DNA of 64,000 nt from Deltaproteobacteria bacterium (GTDB lineage Bacteria > Myxococcota > JACRCW01): positions 1-64,000 of the forward strand of contig JACRCW010000092.1 in the NCBI GenBank assembly GCA_016218805.1, in the 5' to 3' direction. Under the pieces are notes generated by a model. It saw nothing but the letters and a program-made list of their open reading frames with translations, was not told where the DNA came from and searched no databases. Each line of letters starts with the position of its first letter. Position 1 is the first letter of the stretch. Below, one piece after another: positions 1-9,367 of this stretch. The position numbers and the translations under genes are program-made.

Positions 1-34
1 CCCCCCCCCGCCCCCCCCCCCCGGGGGCCGCCCC

Positions 35-58
35 GCCTCCCCCCGCAAGGGGGGAGGC
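35..58. repeat. REP-like palindrome / hairpin GCCTCCCCCC-GCAA-GGGGGGAGGC
   Basis: Perfect 10-bp stem with a GCAA loop just downstream of the helicase stop. Nearly the same as the hairpin at 7707-7728. Confidence 0.65.
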
Positions 59-64
59 AACGCG

Positions 65-2425
<2,361 letters not shown>

Positions 2426-2481
2426 GGGGGGAGGCCTTCTAGCGATCAGCGCCGCGCTTGACGAGGGTCCCGGCGGGACCC

Positions 2482-3282
2482 ATGAAAGAGCCCGTGGACG
2501 AGAACCGCTACACGCTCACCGAGCACCTCTCCGAGTTGCGGACCCGCCTGGGCAAGGGCCTGCTGGCCGCGGTGGTGTGCGGCGTGGCCTCGCTGGCGCT
2601 GTCCGACGACATCTTTGCCCTGATGAGCCGGCCGCTGCAGGACGCGCTGCCGCCGGGCAGCAAGTTCGTGGTGGTGAGCCCGCTTGAATACGTGATGACC
2701 ACGCTGGAGATTGCGTTGACCTTTGGGCTGGTCATCGCATCGCCGTACGTGCTGTACCAGCTGTGGGCGTTCATTGCGCCCGGCCTGTACGCGACGGAGC
2801 AGCGCCTGGTGCGCGTGCTGGTGCTCAGCGCGTGCAGCTGCTTCCTGCTGGGCGCGGCGTTCTGTTACGTCGTGGTCTTCCCGTTCATGGTGAAGTTCCT
2901 TGTGGACATGACGCCGCCGGAAATCTCCGGGATGTACAGCGTCAACATCTACTTCGGGTTCTTTCTCAAGTTCATGCTGGGCTTTGGGCTGGCCTTTGAG
3001 CTGCCCGTGGCCATTGTGCTGCTGTGCTGGCTGGGCGTGCTGGACCCGGCAGCGCTGGCGCGGGGGCGGAAGTACGCGGTGGTGCTGGCCTTTGTGGCGG
3101 CCGCGGTGCTCACGCCCACCACGGACCCCTACACGCAGTCCCTGATGGCCCTGCCGCTCATCCTCCTTTACGAGGTGGGCGTGCAGGTGTCCAAGCTCGT
3201 CGGGAAGCGGGACAAGCCGGCCGCGGAGGCCACCGCGCTGGCGCCCGCCGCTCCGTCGGGCCCGGCCCCCAAGAGCACCTGA
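2482..3282 (+). CDS. tatC: Twin-arginine translocase subunit TatC
   Basis: LTEHLSELRTRL, YQLWAFIAPGLY, FGLAFELP and AAVLTP.TDP motifs; about six TM segments. Start moved to ATG 2482. Confidence 0.95.
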   Translation: MKEPVDENRYTLTEHLSELRTRLGKGLLAAVVCGVASLALSDDIFALMSRPLQDALPPGSKFVVVSPLEYVMTTLEIALTFGLVIASPYVLYQLWAFIAPGLYATEQRLVRVLVLSACSCFLLGAAFCYVVVFPFMVKFLVDMTPPEISGMYSVNIYFGFFLKFMLGFGLAFELPVAIVLLCWLGVLDPAALARGRKYAVVLAFVAAAVLTPTTDPYTQSLMALPLILLYEVGVQVSKLVGKRDKPAAEATALAPAAPSGPAPKST

Positions 3283-3365
3283 AAAACATGCTGCGCGGGC
3301 CGGGGCGGCTGTACTAGATTGGGCGGTCCCCCGTAACGCCGGGCAGGACCGGCGGGAGCCCATCC

Positions 3366-3527
3366 GTGACGACCCCGAACTACGAGACCATGGCCCACAA
3401 CAAGAAGGCCAACGTGCGGCTGCGCGTGGCCGCTGAGGCACCACTGGCGCTGGTGCAGACGCTGCTGGCGGACCCCAACAAGCGCGTGAAGCGTGCGGCC
3501 GAAAAGCGGGTGAAGGAAGGCAAATGA
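3366..3527 (+). CDS. Small 53-aa basic protein with a single HEAT/LRV-like motif (not in the ORF track)
   Basis: GTG start after GGGAG; MTTPNYETMAHNKKANVRLRVAAEAPLALVQTLLADPNKRVKRAAEKRVKEGK. GC3-rich codons; the TGA overlaps the tsaC ATG (ATGA). Confidence 0.7.
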   Translation: MTTPNYETMAHNKKANVRLRVAAEAPLALVQTLLADPNKRVKRAAEKRVKEGK

Positions 3528-4126
3528 TGCCGGCCGGGGGCCTCCACGACGCCGTGGAATCACTCCGCCAGGGAGGCGTGGTCGCCTATCCGACGGAGAC
3601 GCTGTACGCGCTGGCGGTGGACATCCGCCGCGCGGACGCCGTGGAACGCCTCCGGAACGTGAAGTCACGCGAAGCGCACAAGCCCCTGGCGCTGCTGGTG
3701 GCGGACCCCGCGCAAATCCTGGCGCTGGTGGGCGAGGTCTCGCCGCTGGCGGACCTGCTGATGCGCACCTTCTGGCCCGGTCCACTGACGCTGGTGTTCA
3801 ACGCGGCACCCGGCCTGCCGCCCGGCATCACGGCGGAGACGGGCACGGTGGCCGTGCGCTGCAGTTCGCACCCTGTGGCCCGCGCGCTGGCGCAGGGCCT
3901 GGGCGGCGCCATCACGGCCACGGGCTGCAACCGCCTGGGCGGCCGCGCGGCGCGCACCAGCGGTGACGTGGACCCCATGCTGCGGGAACAGCTGGGCGCC
4001 GTGCTGGAAGGTGAGCCGGCCCCCTCCGGCGTGGCGTGCAGCATTGTGGATGCGCGCCTGGGGACCCCCGTCATTGTGCGCGAAGGCGCCATCAAGGCGG
4101 ACGTCCTGCAGCGCGTGTGGGCCTGA
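3524..4126 (+). CDS. tsaC: L-threonylcarbamoyladenylate synthase (TsaC/YrdC/Sua5 family)
   Basis: VVAYPTETLYAL, K.R...KPL, FWPGPLTLV and VAVR motifs. Confidence 0.9.
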   Translation: MMPAGGLHDAVESLRQGGVVAYPTETLYALAVDIRRADAVERLRNVKSREAHKPLALLVADPAQILALVGEVSPLADLLMRTFWPGPLTLVFNAAPGLPPGITAETGTVAVRCSSHPVARALAQGLGGAITATGCNRLGGRAARTSGDVDPMLREQLGAVLEGEPAPSGVACSIVDARLGTPVIVREGAIKADVLQRVWA

Positions 4127-4292
4127 CCGCGCCTGTTCACCAGACCCCGGGAACCAGCCGCCAGCGCGTGGTGGCCGCGGGCAGCCGGACCCCAGGAGAG
4201 AGGTCGTGGCGCTGCCGGGCGCGGTTCCATGAGAATGGGCGTCGAACGACACAGCCGTCACCGCCGCGGTCACGTCAAGCAGGCACAAACGA

Positions 4293-4330
4293 CCGCGGCC
4301 GCGGGCCCGTGAAGGCACCCGCGGCCGCGG
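4293..4330 (-). terminator. Probable intrinsic terminator between convergent genes
   Basis: 13-bp inverted repeat CCGCGGCCGCGGG / CCCGCGGCCGCGG, followed by TCGTTTGT on the minus strand, about 30 nt after the Cys-rich gene stop. Confidence 0.5.
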
Positions 4331-4361
4331 CCGGGCGTGGGAGGTTGTTGCGGTCAGCGGC

Positions 4362-6080
4362 TCACGGGCCGGTGCCGGGCGCCGGACCCGCGTCCTGGCC
4401 GCCAATGGTGGCGCAGCCCGCGTAGGTGGACGTGCAGGGCGCCATGCAGCCCTGGTCGTAGCAGGGCGGGCACTCGGTGGCGTACACCGGGGAGCACAGG
4501 TCGTGGTCCAGCGCGCACTCGGTCTCGGTCAGGCGGCTGCAGGGATCTTCGGCCACGCACACAAACGCGGTGGTGCACTCCGGCGCCGGCGGCTGGCAGT
4601 TGGGGTCGCCGGCGGGGCACGCGCAGCCACCGCCCATGCAGAACGTCTGCTCCTGGCAGGTCTCGCCCGCGGCGCAACCGGCGGTGCGGCAGTCCTGCGC
4701 GTCAGGCACGCACTGCGCTGTCACCTCGCAGGGGGGCATGGCGCAGCGGCAATCCGGGGAATCCGCCGGGCAATCACACGCAATGGCGGGGCAGGCCTCA
4801 AACACCTGGCAGGTCTCGCCAAACCCGCAACCGGTGGTGCGGCAGTCCTGCACGTCGGGCACGCACTGCGCGTACACCTCGCAGGTGGGCATGGGGCAGG
4901 TGCAGTCGGTGGAGCCGTCCACGCAGTCGCAGCCGATCTCGGGGCAGGCCTCGAACACCTGGCAGGACTCGCCGTACCCGCAGCCGGTGGTGCGGCAGTC
5001 GTTGGTCGACGGGACGCAGACCGCGGTCTCGCTGCACTGCGCGGCGCAGGCGCACGCGCCGGCATCGGGGTCAACCGGGCAGTCGCACGGCAGCGGGATG
5101 CACTCGCTCTGGACCTGGCACTCCTCGCCCCAGCCGCAACCGGACACGCGGCAGTCTTGAGGCACGCACTGGAACACGCAGTCCATGTTGGGCTCGCAGG
5201 CGCGGCAGGTGTAACCCGGGCCGCAGTCCGCCGCGAAGCAGGCCTCATTGGTGGTGCAGGTCCCGCCGAGGCACACCTGGCCGGCGCCGCAGTCCACGTC
5301 GACACGGCACTCGGTCCAGCCGCAGCAGTAGGAAGGCAGCGTGCCGTCCGCCGGGCCGCGGCAGTTGCCCCACTGGTCGTTCCAGGCGCCCCAGCATTCG
5401 TCCTGCACCACGCACCGGCCCAGGCACACCGCGGGGCACGCCGTGTCACCGCCGTTGGAATCCACCGGGCAGGCGCTCTCGCAGTAGTTCACCATGTCAC
5501 ACACCTGGCCGGCGCGGCAGTCCGCGTCAGACCAGCAGGACTCCACCGGCGGAGGCTGTGAGCCGCAGTACACGCCGTCATCCGCCTGGGTGCAGCACTG
5601 GAAGGCCGCGTCGGGAGACGGGGAGCGCTCACCCGTGGCGGGGACCGGCTCGCCGCCCTCAAAGTACACGGGCACGCAGCCCGCGGTGTCCTGGCACTGG
5701 CTGATGTCAAAGATGGCGTCGCAGGAGCCGGGCAGGCATTCGCAGGTGGGGCAGCCGGTGGGGTCCGCGCGGAAGCCCGCGGCGCAGCGCGCGTCACACG
5801 CAATGGCCGGGCACACGTTGCCGCCCGACGAGGAGGTGGAGCCGCCGCCGCCCTGGCACGCACAGCTGGGGCAGCCGTCGGCGCCCGTGGCAAAGCCGCG
5901 CTCGCAGTACAGGTCGCACAGGACCTCAGGACACGCTTGCCCGCCCGATGACGAGCCCCCTGATGAGCTGGCCTGCCCCGAGCTGCCGCCCGATGACGTG
6001 CTGCCCTGGTGCTCGTCCTCGCCGGGGCCGCAGCCCAGGACCATCCCCAACGCCATCACGCCCCACAGAGCCTTCTTCAT
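4362..6080 (-). CDS. Cysteine-rich lipoprotein with two antistasin-like motifs and four ~51-aa Cys repeats
   Basis: Signal MKKALWGVMALGMVLGC (lipobox) and a Ser/Gly linker. CPEVLCDLYCERGFATGADGCPSCAC and CPAIACDARCAAGFRADPTGCPTCEC; repeats DCRxxGCxxGExCQ. Confidence 0.8.
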   Translation of the reverse strand: MKKALWGVMALGMVLGCGPGEDEHQGSTSSGGSSGQASSSGGSSSGGQACPEVLCDLYCERGFATGADGCPSCACQGGGGSTSSSGGNVCPAIACDARCAAGFRADPTGCPTCECLPGSCDAIFDISQCQDTAGCVPVYFEGGEPVPATGERSPSPDAAFQCCTQADDGVYCGSQPPPVESCWSDADCRAGQVCDMVNYCESACPVDSNGGDTACPAVCLGRCVVQDECWGAWNDQWGNCRGPADGTLPSYCCGWTECRVDVDCGAGQVCLGGTCTTNEACFAADCGPGYTCRACEPNMDCVFQCVPQDCRVSGCGWGEECQVQSECIPLPCDCPVDPDAGACACAAQCSETAVCVPSTNDCRTTGCGYGESCQVFEACPEIGCDCVDGSTDCTCPMPTCEVYAQCVPDVQDCRTTGCGFGETCQVFEACPAIACDCPADSPDCRCAMPPCEVTAQCVPDAQDCRTAGCAAGETCQEQTFCMGGGCACPAGDPNCQPPAPECTTAFVCVAEDPCSRLTETECALDHDLCSPVYATECPPCYDQGCMAPCTSTYAGCATIGGQDAGPAPGTGP

Positions 6081-6138
6081 TGTCATCCCTCGCCGAACCC
6101 GCCGGTGCGCCATGCACGGCGGAACGGGCAGCCACTCA

Positions 6139-6153
6139 TCAAGGGGCGTGCCG
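6139..6153 (-). promoter_or_regulatory. Possible sigma-54 -24/-12 promoter
   Basis: Minus strand CGGCACG-CCCC-TTGA versus consensus TGGCACG-N4-TTGC, about 60 nt upstream of the Cys-rich lipoprotein start. Confidence 0.35.
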
Positions 6154-6232
6154 GGGAGGCGCCGGGCGGTGAAACTGTGTGATTACAGCGTGTTGCAAAT
6201 GACCGCGCCCGTGGCCCACCGGGAGATTCCCG

Positions 6233-7273
6233 TCAGGTGGGCGGAGGTGACCACGGAAATCTGAGCGTGACCGAGGCCACCGCAAGCACGGCGGTGCCCA
6301 GCAGCAGGGTGGACAGCACCGCGGTGACCCACGTGTCCGCCACGCCGGGAAGGACCGCGGGGAACACCAGTGACGCGTTCATCAGCACGACGAGCAGCAG
6401 GTAGGCCGCTGCCAGCACCGGGTGCGGCGGGCGCGGCAACACCCGCTGCGCCAGCGAACACAACACGGGGCCCAGCACCATCAGGTGGATGCCCGCAATG
6501 CGCCACGGGTACGCGTGCAACGCGGGAATGGGTGCAGACACGGCCACGGAGATGGGCAGGCTCAGCCAGATGAGGCGCATCACGGGGCTGAGCCGCCCGC
6601 GCCCCAGCGCGAGCACGCACCAGGACGCGAAGGCAAGCGGGAACATCACGCCCAGCGGCCCCACGACGTGTGGGAACACCAGAAAGGCGGACGCGCCGAC
6701 GGCGAGGACCACGTGCAGCCAGGTGGGATCCCGCCGCGGGAGGCCCAGCCCCTGCCACGCCGCGGGGATGAAGACGGTGAACAGCAGGATGGCAATGAAC
6801 AGGTGCGCCAGGTCCCGCGCCAGCGCGAAGTCACGCGGCGCGGTGACGCCGATGAACGGCACCAGCACCGCGCCCAGTGCAAGCCCCCACGGGGCCGTGT
6901 CCGTCCAGCGCGGCGGCAGGTGTGCGCGCAGGTGGCGCCACCCGCCGTGCAACCAGAACAGCGCAATGAGCGTGGACAGCGCGATGGTGGGCACGCGATA
7001 GCCGATCACCGCGAACAGCGCGGTGGCCGCGGCAGCGCATGCGGCGTAGAGGTGCACCGCGCGGGATGAGGGGGCGAGGCCGTCCACGCGGACAACCGTC
7101 CACCACGCCATGGTGAGCGCACCGTAGTAGCCCGCGTGGCTGTGCGCATGGCGCAGATTCTGGAAGTCCGCGCCCTGTCCGGTGAGCCACCCCGTGACAA
7201 ACTCCCAGCGCATGATGACCCCGAGCCCCATGGTGACGACGAGGAACCCGAGCGCGTAGACCCGCAGGCTCAC
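6233..7273 (-). CDS. Polytopic membrane protein with HAHSH motif (possibly heme/metal binding)
   Basis: About 11-12 hydrophobic segments; NLRHAHSHAGYYG and further intramembrane His residues. The GTG start overlaps the DUF559 stop (GTGA). Confidence 0.7.
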   Translation of the reverse strand: MSLRVYALGFLVVTMGLGVIMRWEFVTGWLTGQGADFQNLRHAHSHAGYYGALTMAWWTVVRVDGLAPSSRAVHLYAACAAAATALFAVIGYRVPTIALSTLIALFWLHGGWRHLRAHLPPRWTDTAPWGLALGAVLVPFIGVTAPRDFALARDLAHLFIAILLFTVFIPAAWQGLGLPRRDPTWLHVVLAVGASAFLVFPHVVGPLGVMFPLAFASWCVLALGRGRLSPVMRLIWLSLPISVAVSAPIPALHAYPWRIAGIHLMVLGPVLCSLAQRVLPRPPHPVLAAAYLLLVVLMNASLVFPAVLPGVADTWVTAVLSTLLLGTAVLAVASVTLRFPWSPPPT

Positions 7274-7665
7274 CCGCCACCTCCCGCCGCGTGGGGGAGG
7301 TTGCCGAGACCAGGGGGCGCGCCCAGTGCTTCAAGGATGAGAGCGACCACCGCGTCCAGCTCCGTGTTCACCTGGTGGTTCCAGAAGCGCAGCACCCGGA
7401 ATCCCTGGGATTGCAGCCAGGCGGTGCGCTCGGAGTCGTACGGGTGGCGCGCCACGTGCTGGCTCCCGTCCAGCTCAACAATCAACCGCCGCTCAAGGCA
7501 CGCGAAATCCGCGATGAAAGGCCCGATCACCGCCTGGCGGCGGAACACCGCCCCGCCCACGCGCCGACCACCCCGCAACGCACGCCACAACAGCCGCTCT
7601 TCGGGCGTGAGGTTGCGCCGCAGCGCGCGGGCGCGGTCACGCATGGTTGTTGCGGCCCGCTTCAT
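7270..7665 (-). CDS. DUF559 family (Vsr-like) endonuclease-domain protein
   Basis: ARALRRNLTPEERLLW, FRRQ..IGPFIADFAC, LIVELDGSQH, D.ERT.WL..QGFRVLRFWN. Start moved to ATG 7665 because the upstream part is REP sequence. Confidence 0.9.
   Translation of the reverse strand: MKRAATTMRDRARALRRNLTPEERLLWRALRGGRRVGGAVFRRQAVIGPFIADFACLERRLIVELDGSQHVARHPYDSERTAWLQSQGFRVLRFWNHQVNTELDAVVALILEALGAPPGLGNLPHAAGGGG
7280..7308. repeat. Left REP-like inverted repeat flanking DUF559
   Basis: CCTCCCGCCGCGTGGGGGAGGTTGCCGAG matches the reverse complement of 7699-7727 at 25/29 positions. Confidence 0.7.
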
Positions 7666-7668
7666 CCC

Positions 7669-7728
7669 ACCCCCCACCCGCCTCGGCGCCTGCGGCGCCT
7701 CGGCGACCTCCCCCACAAGGGGGGAGGC
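7669..7728. repeat. Right REP/RIME-like element flanking DUF559
   Basis: ACCCCCACCCGCCTCGGCGCCTGCGGCGCCTCGGCGACCTCCCCCACAAGGGGGGAGG, with internal hairpins GGCGCC-TGC-GGCGCC and CCTCCCCC-ACAAG-GGGGGAGG. Confidence 0.75.
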
Positions 7729-7864
7729 GACGCAGCTCGGCGCGTGGCGACGCAGCTCGGCGCGTGGCGACGCGGGTTGGCGCGTGGCGACGCAGCTCGG
7801 CGCGTGGCGACGCGGGTTGGCGCGTGGCGACGCAGCTCGGCGCGTGGCGACGCGGGTTGGCGCG
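7726..7864. repeat. 20-bp tandem minisatellite, about 7 units
   Basis: Unit GGCGACGC(AGCTC|GGGTT)GGCGCGT in the order A,A,B,A,B,A,B. Confidence 0.95.
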
Positions 7865-7916
7865 GGCCAACGCGGCGGGCGCCCTGGTGACCCAATTGGT
7901 GCCGCGCGAGACAGTG

Positions 7917-9287
7917 CTACACCGGTTCAAAGCGCGCGGTGAAGTGACGCAGCACTTTGGGGGAATACGTGAACTTCCAGCCGCGCAGCTTCTCCCGTCG
8001 GCGGAACGCCTCCAACACCACCTCCGCCACAAAGTCGATGTGCGACTGCGTGTACACCCGCCGCGGAATGGCCAGCCGCACCAGATCCATGGGCGGCGGT
8101 ACCTCCGTCCCGTCCGGCTTCAACCCAAACATCACCGTCCCAATCTCCACCGCCCGCACCCCACCCAGCGTGTACAACTCGTTGCACACCGAAATGCCCG
8201 GATACTGCGCCGGCGGTACATGCGGCAGGAACGCCCGCGCGTCGATATACACCGCGTGCCCGCCCGTCGGCTTGATGAACGGCACCCCCGCCGCATCCAG
8301 CCGCTCGCCCAGGTACTCCGTGGACCGGATCCGGTAGCGCAGGTACGCCTCGTCCGTGACCTCCTCCAACCCCTGCGCAATCGCCTCCAGATCGTAACCG
8401 GCCAGGCCGCCGTACGTGGGGAAACCCTCGGTCAGGATCAGCAGGTTGCGGCACCGTTCCGCCAGATCGTCGTCGTTCATCGCCAGAAAGCCGCCAATGT
8501 TCGCCAGCCCGTCCTTCTTGGCGCTCATGGTGCAACCGTCCGCCATGGAGAACATCTGCTCCGCAATGGCCCGCGGAGACCGGTCTGCCTGCCCCGGCTC
8601 CCGCTGCTTGATGAACCACGCGTTCTCAGCAAACCGGCACGCATCAATGAACAACGGCTTGTGGTACTTGCTACAAAGCGCGCGAATACCGCGGACGTTC
8701 TCCAGGCTCACCGGCTGCCCGCCGCCGGAATTGTTGGTCACCGTCACCATCACCAGCGGCACCTTGTCCCCGCGCTCCTTGAGCACGTTCTCCAGGCGCC
8801 CCAGGTCCATGTTCCCCTTGAACGGGTGCACCAGCGACGGGACCTTGCCCTCCGGGATGACCAGGTCCAGCGCTTCGGCGCCCTCCACCTCAATGTTGGC
8901 GCGCGTGGTGTCAAAGTGCGTGTTGTTGGGCACCACGTCCCCAGGCTTGAGGATGGTGTGAAACAGGATGCGCTCCGCCGCGCGCCCCTGGTGCGTGGGG
9001 ATGACGTGCTTGAGGTGCGTGAGCTTCTGCACCACGTCGCGGAAGCGGTAGAAGCTCCGGCTGCCCGCGTAGCTTTCATCCCCCTGCATGAGCGCACCCC
9101 ACTGCGCCGCGGACATGGCGCCCGTGCCGGAGTCCGTCAGCAGGTCAATCAGCACATCCTCCGCGTGCAGCAGGAACACGTTGTGCCCCGCTTCCTGGAT
9201 GGCCTTGCGGCGCTGCTCCTCCGTCGTGGTGCGGATGGCTTCAACGCTCTTGATGCGGAACGGCTCAATGATGGTGTGGAAGTTCAT
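7917..9287 (-). CDS. tnaA: Tryptophanase (PLP-dependent beta-eliminating lyase)
   Basis: IEPFRIKSVE, IDLLTDSGT, GDESYAGS, THQGRAAE and MSAKKD (PLP Lys). C-terminal LRHFTA has His, as in tryptophanase; tyrosine phenol-lyase has LRFFTA. Confidence 0.88.
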   Translation of the reverse strand: MNFHTIIEPFRIKSVEAIRTTTEEQRRKAIQEAGHNVFLLHAEDVLIDLLTDSGTGAMSAAQWGALMQGDESYAGSRSFYRFRDVVQKLTHLKHVIPTHQGRAAERILFHTILKPGDVVPNNTHFDTTRANIEVEGAEALDLVIPEGKVPSLVHPFKGNMDLGRLENVLKERGDKVPLVMVTVTNNSGGGQPVSLENVRGIRALCSKYHKPLFIDACRFAENAWFIKQREPGQADRSPRAIAEQMFSMADGCTMSAKKDGLANIGGFLAMNDDDLAERCRNLLILTEGFPTYGGLAGYDLEAIAQGLEEVTDEAYLRYRIRSTEYLGERLDAAGVPFIKPTGGHAVYIDARAFLPHVPPAQYPGISVCNELYTLGGVRAVEIGTVMFGLKPDGTEVPPPMDLVRLAIPRRVYTQSHIDFVAEVVLEAFRRREKLRGWKFTYSPKVLRHFTARFEPV

Positions 9288-9367
9288 GGGCGCGCTCCCT
9301 AGCAGTGCAGCCCGGAGCCGCGAAGTACGGCAACGGGCGGAGGGATCGCGCAGGTCTTTCGCGTTTT

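Noticed and set aside
1..34. Poly-C tract as a G-quadruplex or phase-variable tract
   Set aside because: It lies at the window edge and looks like low-quality sequence over a REP-like element; it cannot be trusted.
7726..7864. Possible CRISPR array
   Set aside because: Units are contiguous with only two alternating 5-nt variants; there are no unique spacers and no cas genes.
7917..9287. Tyrosine phenol-lyase; tnaC leader peptide
   Set aside because: The LRHFTA motif favours tryptophanase, and no tnaC-like leader was seen in the 80-bp upstream gap.
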